Shown here piece after piece: positions 55,145-64,000 of a DNA stretch of 64,000 bases. Made by a program: the position numbers and the translations under genes. A model generated the notes under the pieces. That model searched no databases, was not told where the DNA came from, and worked only from the letters and a program-made list of their open reading frames with translations. The stretch lies in NCBI GenBank assembly GCA_963702845.1, contig OY969763.1:390729-454728 (forward strand), read 5' to 3'. The first letter of the stretch is position 1. Each line of letters starts with the position of its first letter. The stretch comes from an uncultured Verrucomicrobiae bacterium. Its GTDB lineage: Bacteria > Verrucomicrobiota > Verrucomicrobiia > Limisphaerales > Palsa-1400.

Positions 55145-57937
55145 TTAGTTCCCTTGGATAACGGTGTATCCGCTAAGCAGGCTGCCGAGCCAGAAGCCGG
55201 CGGCGATATTTTGCTTCTGAAATACGACGCCTTGGAAGGAAACGGTTCGGTTCGTTGCCGGGTCGATAAAGCTACCGTTCATCAGACCCGTGCCATTTGA
55301 CAAGCTCACGCGGAAGCGAATCGAAGAGCCGGTGTCATCCGTGATAAACCGATTGAATTGATCAAGTGTTCCAGTGAAATCAAATTCACCCGCAATATCT
55401 GCACCGCCGATGGCGACGGAAACATTGTCGGGAACGAGGTCGAGGCTCAGCACGTTATTGCCACGGGGTGCGGGTGTGAACAGGGAACCGACAAGGCTCG
55501 ACTGGACCGTAAACCCGTTTGGATAAATCGGTGAGCCGGATTGGCGACGGAACCATGTGACTTCACCATCCATATCGGATGTGCCGGGGATGTCTTCGAT
55601 CGTGATTTGGCCCAGGGCCATTTCTGAGCCGTTCACCCAAGTGAAAAACGGCCAAGTGTCATCCCCTGCCAGAGCTGTTGTGCGCGAGATGGTGGTGCCG
55701 TCGGCCAATCGGCCAAAGTAACTAATCGTGCCGGAGGTGGTGACGATTACGGTTGCGTAACCTGCGCCTTGTGGTTGGTCGGGGGAGTCACCACCAGGAA
55801 TCAAAACAGTGTAGCGTCCGGCTGTAGCAGGATTCGTCCGCGCATTCCAAATCCAGCGATCGGATGAAATCGCCGCAGTGACTGAGCCGTCGTCGATTGT
55901 GCCGGTGAGTTGGTCGGACGAATCGTCGACATGCAACTGGAGGATGATTTGGTAACTCGTGCCGCCGCGCACGATTGTGGTTGAGTAATCGCCGTCGCCG
56001 GTGAATTTGCCAGCGAAACTGAAGACTTGCCGACCCAAGTAGAGCATCGCGCTGAATGCGCCAGAGGAACCGACGGTCGCGCGGAAACAGCCCTCGTGAT
56101 CGATGTCCGGCTGATCGGTCGTGACGAGACCATTATATTGGCCCATGACTGGTATGAATGGATTGGGAACGAAGTTGGCCTGCAGGCCGAGGTCCTGCTG
56201 CATAGTGAACGTAATCGTCTGCGAACTGGAAGTGACATCGCCAGACCAGCCATTAAAGACGTAACCGGCGGCAGGAATCGCTGTCATAGTGGAACGCTGG
56301 CCGATTTGAATCATCCTGCCATCCAGGTTCGGAGAAACGGTGCCACTACCGCTGATCCCGACGCTGAGTTGGCTGCTTTGAAGATAGGTTAAAGTCCATG
56401 TAACAATGGTCGATTGATTTCCTGAAGTATCGACGGATTTCACCTTGATGGTGTTCGGCCCGGCGTTGAGGTTGAGTTGCATTTGCCACGACGTGGTGCC
56501 GTCGGCGTGTTGGTAAGTGTCCGAGTTAACTGCTACCAATACCTGTGCGACGGCGATGTTGTCGCTCGCGGTGCCGTGTAAAACGGGATTGTTGGTCAAC
56601 AAACGTGAACCATTTACAGGGCCTTGAACGATCACGCGTGGCGGAGTGGATTCTGGAGGAGCATCGGAGACAGTGATGTTTGCGGTGTCCGAGGCATTGC
56701 GGTTGTCGCGTGCGGTTACGACTGCTTGAATTCTATAGCTGCCTTTAGCTGCGCTGTTAATGGCCGCGGTATACGGGGGGGCGGTGTCGACGGCGACACT
56801 CGCGCCGTTGACAAAGAATTCCACTTTTTGCACGCCTGCGCCTGCGCCTGCTGTTGCGTTTAGAGTGATGGTCGCACCGGTGTTGAAATTCGCGCCATCG
56901 ACGGGTGACGTGAGCGTGATTGAAGGCGGACTGACCGTGCCGCCGCTTCCGCCAACGCGCGCGACGACGACTGTTTGATCAACCCGGCCGTAACCGAGAG
57001 TGCCTTGCGGAGAGTAGGCGACGCATTGGACGTTCGCGACATTGCTCGTGTAGGTGCGAGTGACTGCGCCGTCGGAAGTGCGCGCCAATTTGATCGAGTT
57101 GCCTTCGCCGGTTGTGAACGCGAATGTGGCGCTGTCCGGACTGAAGGCGACGCCGTAAATATTTCCGTTATTGTTGCCGATGCTGAATCGCAATGAACCA
57201 TCGGAAACGTTCCAGACTTTGGCGGTTTGATCGTAGCTGCCGGTGCCGATGTAGGCGCCGTTGGCAGACCACGCGATGGCGTAAATGCTGTCGGTGTGGC
57301 CTTGCAAGGTGTTGACGGTGGCCCAATCAGACGTACGACGGATCGTCACGATGTTGTCGCCGCCCGCCGACGCCAACATGTTGCCGTCCGGCGAAAAGAC
57401 GACGCATCGTTTTTGATCGGCGCTGGTGAAGGTTTTCAACAATGCGCCGCTGGAACTCCATACTTTAATGGTGGAATCGAAGCTGGCGGTTGCAAACATT
57501 GTTCCGGTCGGCGAAAAGGCGCAGCCCACGACCCAATCGGTATGGCCGGCCAACGTTTGCAAGGTGCCCGCCGGCAAGGTCCAAAGCTTGACGCCCTTAA
57601 AATTGACGGACACGAGCTTCGTGCCATTGGGACTAATCGCAAGCGACTCGATGGAATTGTCGTGAATCTCCGCCGCGTTCGCATCGAGCGTTTGCTGCAA
57701 TGTTCCATCGGAGGCGTTCCAAATGTTAATGAGTCGATCGGAACTTCCTGTGATGAATTGCGAACCATCGTGCGAAAAAGCACAGGTATTGATTCGATCG
57801 GAGTTCGTTGCACTTTGCCAAATAATGTCTGGAGAAGAGCTTTGCGATAACGCGGTAAATGGACTCAACGCGAAAGCTAACAGACAGCATCCCACCGAGC
57901 TTTTGAGTGGGCCAAGTCTACATCCTTTTCTAACCAT
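55145..57937 (-). CDS. Large secreted WD40 beta-propeller protein with Ig-like domains, a divergent InlB B-repeat-like module and an about 350 aa C-terminal region of unknown function
   Basis: Repeated WD-like blades (GH.D.V....FSPDG..LAS.S.D.T.K.W). Ig-like segments (VEFFVNGASVAVDTAPPYTA). AIPAAGYVFNGWSGDV (InlB B-repeat-like). Confidence 0.8.
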   Translation of the reverse strand: MVRKGCRLGPLKSSVGCCLLAFALSPFTALSQSSSPDIIWQSATNSDRINTCAFSHDGSQFITGSSDRLINIWNASDGTLQQTLDANAAEIHDNSIESLAISPNGTKLVSVNFKGVKLWTLPAGTLQTLAGHTDWVVGCAFSPTGTMFATASFDSTIKVWSSSGALLKTFTSADQKRCVVFSPDGNMLASAGGDNIVTIRRTSDWATVNTLQGHTDSIYAIAWSANGAYIGTGSYDQTAKVWNVSDGSLRFSIGNNNGNIYGVAFSPDSATFAFTTGEGNSIKLARTSDGAVTRTYTSNVANVQCVAYSPQGTLGYGRVDQTVVVARVGGSGGTVSPPSITLTSPVDGANFNTGATITLNATAGAGAGVQKVEFFVNGASVAVDTAPPYTAAINSAAKGSYRIQAVVTARDNRNASDTANITVSDAPPESTPPRVIVQGPVNGSRLLTNNPVLHGTASDNIAVAQVLVAVNSDTYQHADGTTSWQMQLNLNAGPNTIKVKSVDTSGNQSTIVTWTLTYLQSSQLSVGISGSGTVSPNLDGRMIQIGQRSTMTAIPAAGYVFNGWSGDVTSSSQTITFTMQQDLGLQANFVPNPFIPVMGQYNGLVTTDQPDIDHEGCFRATVGSSGAFSAMLYLGRQVFSFAGKFTGDGDYSTTIVRGGTSYQIILQLHVDDSSDQLTGTIDDGSVTAAISSDRWIWNARTNPATAGRYTVLIPGGDSPDQPQGAGYATVIVTTSGTISYFGRLADGTTISRTTALAGDDTWPFFTWVNGSEMALGQITIEDIPGTSDMDGEVTWFRRQSGSPIYPNGFTVQSSLVGSLFTPAPRGNNVLSLDLVPDNVSVAIGGADIAGEFDFTGTLDQFNRFITDDTGSSIRFRVSLSNGTGLMNGSFIDPATNRTVSFQGVVFQKQNIAAGFWLGSLLSGYTVIQGN

Positions 57938-58116
57938 ACGACGCCACCCATTACAGCAAAATGCGTGAGCGTCATGTATCCGGTTGAGTGCTGTTTAAAA
58001 AATCGGGACTGAAGTAGAAAATGGACGGGGGATTTTACTGAAGCATTAACCACGGAATACACGGATTACTCAGATGCGAAATCTGGTTCGGACCCAAAAA
58101 ACAGTTCTTCATTGTG

Positions 58117-58167
58117 ATAAAAATAAAAAATAAAAAAACAAAAAACCCGGAGCATTGCTGCTCCGGG
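58117..58167 (-). terminator. Rho-independent terminator of the GH9-like gene
   Basis: On the minus strand, CCCGGAGCA-GCAA-TGCTCCGGG (9-bp stem) is followed by a long T-rich tract (TTTTTTGTTTTTTTATTTTTTATTTTT), about 30 nt after the stop codon. Confidence 0.8.
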
Positions 58168-58194
58168 TTGTGTTGTTTGGACTAAACTTTCAGC

Positions 58195-61100
58195 TTACAG
58201 CGACGAACTGACCGTCACGTTGCTGACCGACGCGGTGCCGGACGTCGTATTATTGTGCGACGTCATCGGGATACCGACGTAGATGGTGCTGGCCATGCTG
58301 ATCGTGTCAGCGCCGACCTGCGTCCAGCTCGTGCCGTTGGACGAAACATACGCGGTGAACGTGTTACCGTTGCGCGACAGCTTCACCCAATACGGCGCAG
58401 CATAGTTACCACCCGCCGTGTTGACCATGTAACCACCGGTGCTTTGACGGCGTTGATAAGCCGTGCCTGCGCCAGAGCTGACTACCATCATCGCATGCGA
58501 TGAATTGGCGTTCAACGTTTCACGGAACATGACACCAGCCTTGGCCCACGGATCAGTGTTCTGAACCGAGTTGACCTTCGCGATGATGCTGCCGTTGCCA
58601 GACCACTTCTGATAGACGTAGTGGAACGCGTCAGCGGTGTTCCAGATGTCAGCGCCCGAGCCACTGATGCTGAACGTGCCGTTGGTCAACGTGCCGCTGC
58701 CGGCTTTACCGACGCTGCCGATGTCGCTTTGCGACCACGGAGCAGGCAAGCCACTCACAGTGCGGACGTTGCTGAACGTCGACTTGTTCAAGGTGCTGCT
58801 GCTGGTGTGCGCATTCACCGCGAGACCGACGTAGATCGAGCTCGCCATGCTGATGGTCGTCGAGCTGACTTGCGTCCAGGCGCTGCCGTCAGTTGAGACG
58901 TAGCTGGTGAACACATTGCCAGCGCGAACCAAACGCACCCAATAAGGCGCCTTCACGTTTGCACCAGACACGTTATAGCTGGTGCCACCGGTCGTGCTGC
59001 GGTATTGCATTGCTGCACCTGCGCCCGAGCTGATGAGGGCCAACGCATGGGTCGAGGTGGCGGTCAGGTTCTCACGGAACATGACACCGGCCTTCGCCCA
59101 GGGATCAGTGTTCTGGACACTGTTCACTTGCGCGATGATTTCGCCGTCACCAGTCCACGGCTGATAGACATACTGGAAGGCATCGGAGACGCCCCAGATG
59201 TCCGTGCCGGAACCATTCACGACGAACGTGCCGTTGCTGAGCGTGCCGCTACCGGCAGTGCTGACAGGACCGATGTCCTTGCTCACCCACGGAGCAGCCA
59301 AGCTGCCGACAGTGTTCGTAGGCACGGTGTTCGTGCCACCGCTGCTGTTCGTGTCGGTGCCGTTGGTGCTCGTCAGCGAGCCATTCACGGTGATGCTATC
59401 GAGGATTGCATTGTCCAATCCATTGGTCGTCGTATGCGCGGTCGAGCACAAGCCGACGAAGGCGTTGGTGCCCATGCTCATCGTTTGTGTGCCAACCAGC
59501 GTCCAGTTATTACCGTCTGCAGAGACGTAGCTGTTGAACGTGCTGTTCGTGCGCGTCATACGGACCCAGTAAGGCGCGGTCACATTCGGACCGGCGGTAT
59601 GGGCGGTGATTCCACCCGCACTGGCGCGGCGTTGGAACGCAGAGCCTGCACCGGCGCTGACGACAGTCATTGCTTGCGGCGAGCTTGCGCTCAACGTTTC
59701 ACGGATCATGACACCAGACTTCGCCCATGGATCGGTCGGATCGACTTTCACCACGCGGGCGATGATGTCACCATTGCCGTTGAGCGGCTGATAGGCGTAT
59801 TGGAACGCATCGGCGGTGCCCCAGATGTCGGCGCCACTTCCGCTGACCTGGAAGGTGCCGTTGCTCGAGGTCGAATTACCGGCGACCTGCACAGTGCCGA
59901 TGTCTGAATTAGTCCACGGCGTAGGCAACGGACCAGTGATCAGCGTGCTGCCGCTGTTGTTGGTCGAGCCAGTGCCAGTATCCGTGTTCGTGCTGCCCGA
60001 ACCGTTGGTGCTGGTCGAGCCAGCCAACGTGAACAGAGCAGTCGTCACAGGACTATTCGTGCCATTCGAGCTGCTGCAAGCATTGATCGTGCAGGTCTGC
60101 GTCACCGTAAACGGCAACGTGTAGGCTGTCGAACTGCTCGTCGGCAATGAACCGTCGGTCGTGTAGACGATCTGCGCTCCAGGTGTCGCGCTCGCGAGAG
60201 TCACGAGGACGGAGTTGTCGAACGTGCCGCCATTAGGCGTGACAGTCGGAGCACCAGCCACAGAGTTCGTTGGAACGCTGTTCGTCGGAACACTCGAATC
60301 GTTCGTGATTGTGATCGAAACAGGCGCGGACGTTGCGATAACGCCGGTGCTGTCTGTCGCACGCGCAGTCAGGCTATAAGTGCCGAACGGGGCGTTGGTC
60401 CAGGTAAACGAATACGGAGCGCTCGTATCGGCGCCCAACAAGGTCGAGCCCTGATAGAACGAGACGTTGGTCACGCTCGTGCTGGATGGATTCGCCGTGA
60501 TGGTCACGTTGCTGCTGCCTGCGTAAACCGCGCCGGTGATCGGCGAAGTAATCGACACAACAGCAGGCGAGTTGGTGACGGTGCCGGGGCGGACGTTGCG
60601 CACCACGACTTCGTCGATCCAACCGTCAATGTTACCGAGCGTCAGCGTCGCTGTGCCGCTGGTGTTCTTGAAGTTGGCGAAGTCAGCGCTCGCCTTCGTG
60701 TAAACAGTCGTGCCGTCCACCTTGTAAGCGTAACCGGTGCTATCGATTGTCATGACGAGGTGATGCCACTTCTGCGGCGTCATCGCGGTGGTGGCCGCAT
60801 CAAACGTACTGCCAGAGCGGAACGAAGGGCCGGCATACATGTTTTCATACAGCTCAAGGCTCGCGTTCCAGTTCTTCTGGAGCGCCACGATTTCCACGTT
60901 GGCGCGGCTGTAAGCCTTGTAAGTGTTCACGTAAACCATCGCTTCAACCGTGATCGCAGTCGTGTCCGAAGACACCAACTGGTTCGCCGGGATGTTCGCG
61001 ACAGTGTAATTATTGATGTCGAGCGTGTGTTGCGCGGCACCACTACGGCTGGCGCTGCTCATCCAGCCCACGTTGCTGTTGTCGAGCGCGACGGTGCCGG

Positions 61101-63888
61101 TGCTGGCCAACGCCGGCGATTTGCCGGTCGAATCCGAGTAATCGGTATCGAGGTGATACAACGCAGCCATGCTGCTGTTTGCCGTATAAGGCGTGGACAA
61201 ATCGCCGTTCGCCGGAGCATTGGTCGCCGTCGTCGCATTGAACGACGCCTGCGCGAACACGCGGCGGCCATCAGGCAACGCAGCTTCCACTTCCACCCAT
61301 TGCGGGCCAGGGTTCAGAGCTGCGAAGTTGAACGTCGCTCCCGGAGTCGGCTGCTGGTCGCGGCCTTCCCACACGAGAGTCGCTTTGCTCATGTCGATAC
61401 CTGGAACGCTCAAGGTAGCGCTCATTGGCTGCAACGCAGCGACGCTCGCCGGAATACCAACAATCGTGCCGGTCGCCGACTTCCACGCCTGCGTCTTGTA
61501 ATTGCTACGGCCCATCAAGAACGTAACTGCACCGTAAGCATGACCCGCTTGCGGGTTCACGAATTCGGTCAAGGTGTTGAACGTATCACCCCAACGATCA
61601 TACATCGGATAGCGGCCAGTACCGGTGTCGCTCGGGTAATTGAGCGGTCCGAGCGTATTGCCGTAAACGGTCAAGCCGGTGAAGCCAGTCTGTTCGGCGC
61701 CTTGCGGAATACCGGTCGGCGGCAACTGACGGCGATCGAGGTCAGCATATTGGTTGACCGTCTCACGCTGGCGTTTCGGGCCAACACCGTTCAAGAAACC
61801 TTGGTTCAACGGATTACAACCAGCTTCATAGTTCATGTCGCCGATGATGCAATCGATATAGGACTGCTTGTTGGTGATTTGATACGCCACTGCGCAATCA
61901 AAGCCCATGTTCACCGAGAAGAACCAACCAGCGGTGTCATACGGCTTGTTAGCATCCGGGAACGCTTGATTGTAAGCGTTGTGCGCGGCCCAGTTCACGT
62001 TGTCATCGCCGCATTGGACGAGCTGTTGCTCGCACTTGGCGAGGAATGTCGGATCAAGCTGGCTCTGTTGCAAACGGCCAGTGCGGGCTGCGAACGCATA
62101 CGTGCGCATGGCGCAACCATAAGCTTCAAACCCGCGCCACCAACCCCACAACACCGTGTTCGGGTCAGCGGGATTGTAATGCGCGATCAAGTCGTTCTGA
62201 TACTGCGCTTCGCCGGTCGCGGCATACAAAGCTGCAGCGGCCCACGCGAGTTCGTCGTTATGACCGAACTGATTGCCGTAGTGAGTAATCTTTTGGTAAG
62301 AACCATCACGGCCGTACTTGGCGATAGCGTTCTGCAAGAACTGCCAACCCAATTTCGCTTTGGCCAAATAGTTCGCTGCTTCAGCAGGGAACTGCGCCTT
62401 CATCGTCGGCGAGGAACCTGCTTCCGCCAGCGCGCCAACGGCGGCCGCAGTCACAGCAGTGGTCTTCGGGAACACGACTTGAGGGTCACCCAAATCAGTG
62501 CCGGTCAGAGTTACGGTATCTTCGTACTGACGATTCTTCGGATACACCAGGAAGTAGAACCCACCGTCGGTATCTTGCAACTTGGCGAGGAAGTCAGCTT
62601 CCCACTTGGCTTCCTGCAACACGTCGGACTTGCCGTCGCCGGATTCAGGAAGGCCCATGTTGTCGAGATCCTTCACGCCAGGGAACGCGTCCACGGCGAA
62701 GGTCAACGAGTGCAACAACTGTGCAATGTTGATCGTATACTTCGAATAGTCGCCGGCGTCATGATGACCGCCAGAAACATCGATCGGGTTCTTGTTCACG
62801 AACGGATACAAGCTCGAGTTCACGTCCTTCAATTGAGGCGTGCCTGCCGCTTGAGAGCTCGCGTAATCGGAGCTCATGCTGGCCAACTCCTGGTTGACCG
62901 CGCTGTATGTCATGTCCGGAATCGACGCTTTGGCCACATGGCAAGCGTCTTTCACGAAGCGCGTATAAGGATAGGTATTCGCACCACCGCAACGCGCGTG
63001 GTACAGACCCAATGCGTAGGTGCGTGCGAACAACGACGTAATACCGTCATCGATCAAAAACGCATACGAAGCGCCGAGACCCGGCACCTGCAAGCGATAT
63101 TCACCAGGCGTGGTAAACGCCGTGAAATCAGCTTCCAACACCGCTTGGTAAGCCGAGTAGTTGAACCCGACGTCCTTACGGCTGGTCAACGTGCCGCTGA
63201 ACACCTTCGCGCCGCTGTTGGCGTCAATGATGTTGTAGGCGGTGCCGGCAGCAACCTGCAATTCGCCGAGGTTACCGAGGTAATAACCGACCATGCCTTT
63301 TTTGGCATTGTTTGGCATATAACCTTCGGCATTGACGTGAATCGCCGGGCTTAAACGCTGCGCGTCGTTGGTTGCGGTGTAAGTCACCGAAGTGTTCCAC
63401 AACGAGTTGTCGGGGTTTTTCACCGTGACGGTCGCGCCGTCAGGGATCGAGCCGCTCAAGTTCAGATACAAACTGTTCTGAATGCGCAGATCGAATTTAT
63501 CCTTCGGCGTATACAGCGGACGACGCTTGAAGCCGACCGACGTGACGCTGACGGACGAATTGTTCGCCGTCACTGCGAACTTCGATGTCGCCGGCATGCC
63601 GGTGACGAAGTTCCAGTTCGTCGGAGTCGTGCTGCCTGATGGCGCACTATTGATGTAAGTGAGTTCCAACAATGTTGGAGTGATGACGCGTAGCCCGTAG
63701 TCACCCACCGATGGCATTCTCATCGGGTTAATATCGGTGATATTCGTCGGCGTAGCATTCGGGAGGATGACCGGATTGTTTGCGGCCATGGCTCCGTGCG
63801 CAAGGACAAGTGTGGCGCCTGCAACCACTAGGGATGCGGCCTTAAAGGCCTGACGCATTAATTTTCCTGCAATTTTTCTCATCTTCAT
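58195..63888 (-). CDS. Giant secreted GH9-like (alpha/alpha)6 glycoside hydrolase with N-terminal Ig-like (CelD_N-type) region, LamG-like domain, Ig-like domains and 3 tandem DUF1349/ConA-like beta-sandwich repeats
   Basis: Signal peptide. GH9-type motif VSGGHHDAGDYSKY. LamG-like segment (...WHHLVMTID...). Three 183-184 aa repeats each begin LP(T/A)PW..SDIG...GSG.DIW...DAF.Y.YQ...DPWAK.GVM.RE. Confidence 0.85.
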   Translation of the reverse strand: MKMRKIAGKLMRQAFKAASLVVAGATLVLAHGAMAANNPVILPNATPTNITDINPMRMPSVGDYGLRVITPTLLELTYINSAPSGSTTPTNWNFVTGMPATSKFAVTANNSSVSVTSVGFKRRPLYTPKDKFDLRIQNSLYLNLSGSIPDGATVTVKNPDNSLWNTSVTYTATNDAQRLSPAIHVNAEGYMPNNAKKGMVGYYLGNLGELQVAAGTAYNIIDANSGAKVFSGTLTSRKDVGFNYSAYQAVLEADFTAFTTPGEYRLQVPGLGASYAFLIDDGITSLFARTYALGLYHARCGGANTYPYTRFVKDACHVAKASIPDMTYSAVNQELASMSSDYASSQAAGTPQLKDVNSSLYPFVNKNPIDVSGGHHDAGDYSKYTINIAQLLHSLTFAVDAFPGVKDLDNMGLPESGDGKSDVLQEAKWEADFLAKLQDTDGGFYFLVYPKNRQYEDTVTLTGTDLGDPQVVFPKTTAVTAAAVGALAEAGSSPTMKAQFPAEAANYLAKAKLGWQFLQNAIAKYGRDGSYQKITHYGNQFGHNDELAWAAAALYAATGEAQYQNDLIAHYNPADPNTVLWGWWRGFEAYGCAMRTYAFAARTGRLQQSQLDPTFLAKCEQQLVQCGDDNVNWAAHNAYNQAFPDANKPYDTAGWFFSVNMGFDCAVAYQITNKQSYIDCIIGDMNYEAGCNPLNQGFLNGVGPKRQRETVNQYADLDRRQLPPTGIPQGAEQTGFTGLTVYGNTLGPLNYPSDTGTGRYPMYDRWGDTFNTLTEFVNPQAGHAYGAVTFLMGRSNYKTQAWKSATGTIVGIPASVAALQPMSATLSVPGIDMSKATLVWEGRDQQPTPGATFNFAALNPGPQWVEVEAALPDGRRVFAQASFNATTATNAPANGDLSTPYTANSSMAALYHLDTDYSDSTGKSPALASTGTVALDNSNVGWMSSASRSGAAQHTLDINNYTVANIPANQLVSSDTTAITVEAMVYVNTYKAYSRANVEIVALQKNWNASLELYENMYAGPSFRSGSTFDAATTAMTPQKWHHLVMTIDSTGYAYKVDGTTVYTKASADFANFKNTSGTATLTLGNIDGWIDEVVVRNVRPGTVTNSPAVVSITSPITGAVYAGSSNVTITANPSSTSVTNVSFYQGSTLLGADTSAPYSFTWTNAPFGTYSLTARATDSTGVIATSAPVSITITNDSSVPTNSVPTNSVAGAPTVTPNGGTFDNSVLVTLASATPGAQIVYTTDGSLPTSSSTAYTLPFTVTQTCTINACSSSNGTNSPVTTALFTLAGSTSTNGSGSTNTDTGTGSTNNSGSTLITGPLPTPWTNSDIGTVQVAGNSTSSNGTFQVSGSGADIWGTADAFQYAYQPLNGNGDIIARVVKVDPTDPWAKSGVMIRETLSASSPQAMTVVSAGAGSAFQRRASAGGITAHTAGPNVTAPYWVRMTRTNSTFNSYVSADGNNWTLVGTQTMSMGTNAFVGLCSTAHTTTNGLDNAILDSITVNGSLTSTNGTDTNSSGGTNTVPTNTVGSLAAPWVSKDIGPVSTAGSGTLSNGTFVVNGSGTDIWGVSDAFQYVYQPWTGDGEIIAQVNSVQNTDPWAKAGVMFRENLTATSTHALALISSGAGAAMQYRSTTGGTSYNVSGANVKAPYWVRLVRAGNVFTSYVSTDGSAWTQVSSTTISMASSIYVGLAVNAHTSSSTLNKSTFSNVRTVSGLPAPWSQSDIGSVGKAGSGTLTNGTFSISGSGADIWNTADAFHYVYQKWSGNGSIIAKVNSVQNTDPWAKAGVMFRETLNANSSHAMMVVSSGAGTAYQRRQSTGGYMVNTAGGNYAAPYWVKLSRNGNTFTAYVSSNGTSWTQVGADTISMASTIYVGIPMTSHNNTTSGTASVSNVTVSSSL
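58198..59928 (-). repeat. Three tandem intragenic repeats (about 550 nt each) encoding the ConA-like/DUF1349-like modules of the GH9-like protein
   Basis: Repeat units lie at about 59380-59928, 58750-59301 and 58198-58749. Protein-level identity is roughly 50-60% by eye. Conserved DNA words include GACCCGTGGGCCAAGGC-type stretches. Confidence 0.8.
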
Positions 63889-64000
63889 ATTGCTGTGCGG
63901 TCTCCATCAGGGTGCCTATCCACCTCGATGTTTGCTTTGGCCTGCCTCGAACTATCTCGGGGCTGCGACGCCAAAGCGGATTACCTCTCCGTGTTATCAG

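Noticed and set aside
60760-63354. 864-aa ORF on the plus strand.
   Set aside because: It lies entirely antisense to the 1897-aa GH9-like gene. The translation is Arg/His/Val-rich low-complexity text with no motifs. This is a typical shadow ORF of a GC-rich gene.

Overview
This 64 kb window is about mid-50s %GC and looks like a PVC-superphylum genome, probably Verrucomicrobiota-like. The pointers are a PVC-type membrane-bound-dehydrogenase/CxxCH protein, 'AIAIPNF' pilin-like helices, and giant WD40/Ig/GH secreted proteins.

Main blocks, in order:
1. GlcF-like Fe-S protein and a beta-propeller/phosphoesterase fusion.
2. A 4.7 kb accessory islet (4.2-8.9 kb). It holds a patch of short repeats, an orphan SIR2_2-type gene with a tiny overlapping upstream ORF, small membrane or secreted proteins, and two diverged relics of a phage terminase 3' end.
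3. An RhlE-like DEAD-box helicase behind a repeat-rich 740 bp leader, then a SWIM-SNF2 helicase.
4. A coherent N-oxide island. A truncated globin sits divergent to a single co-directional unit: ytfE(RIC)-nsrR-like, dihaem cyt c/CuA-like cupredoxin, clade II nosZ, nosB-like, a 506 aa membrane protein, nosD, nosF, nosY, and a CusF-Sco fusion.
5. A stretch where kpsF, sucB, lpdA and a PVC-type dehydrogenase each carry several frameshifts while their short neighbours are intact. pyk at 53.4-54.8 kb shows the same pattern.
6. HAD / OPA-type MFS / LOG / clan GH-A genes.
7. A signalling island: a cNMP-binding HK, a REC-TrxR-like fusion lacking CxxC, a MASE1 hybrid HK, three stand-alone receivers, and a Ser/Thr kinase overlapping an ECF sigma factor.
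8. An IS110-family element splitting an M14 (MpaA-like) peptidase gene.
9. tRNA-Leu(GAG), a 930 aa WD40/Ig protein and a 1897 aa GH9-like protein with a triplicated C-terminal domain.

No CRISPR array or rRNA was seen. All family calls come from motif reading by eye; no searches were run.
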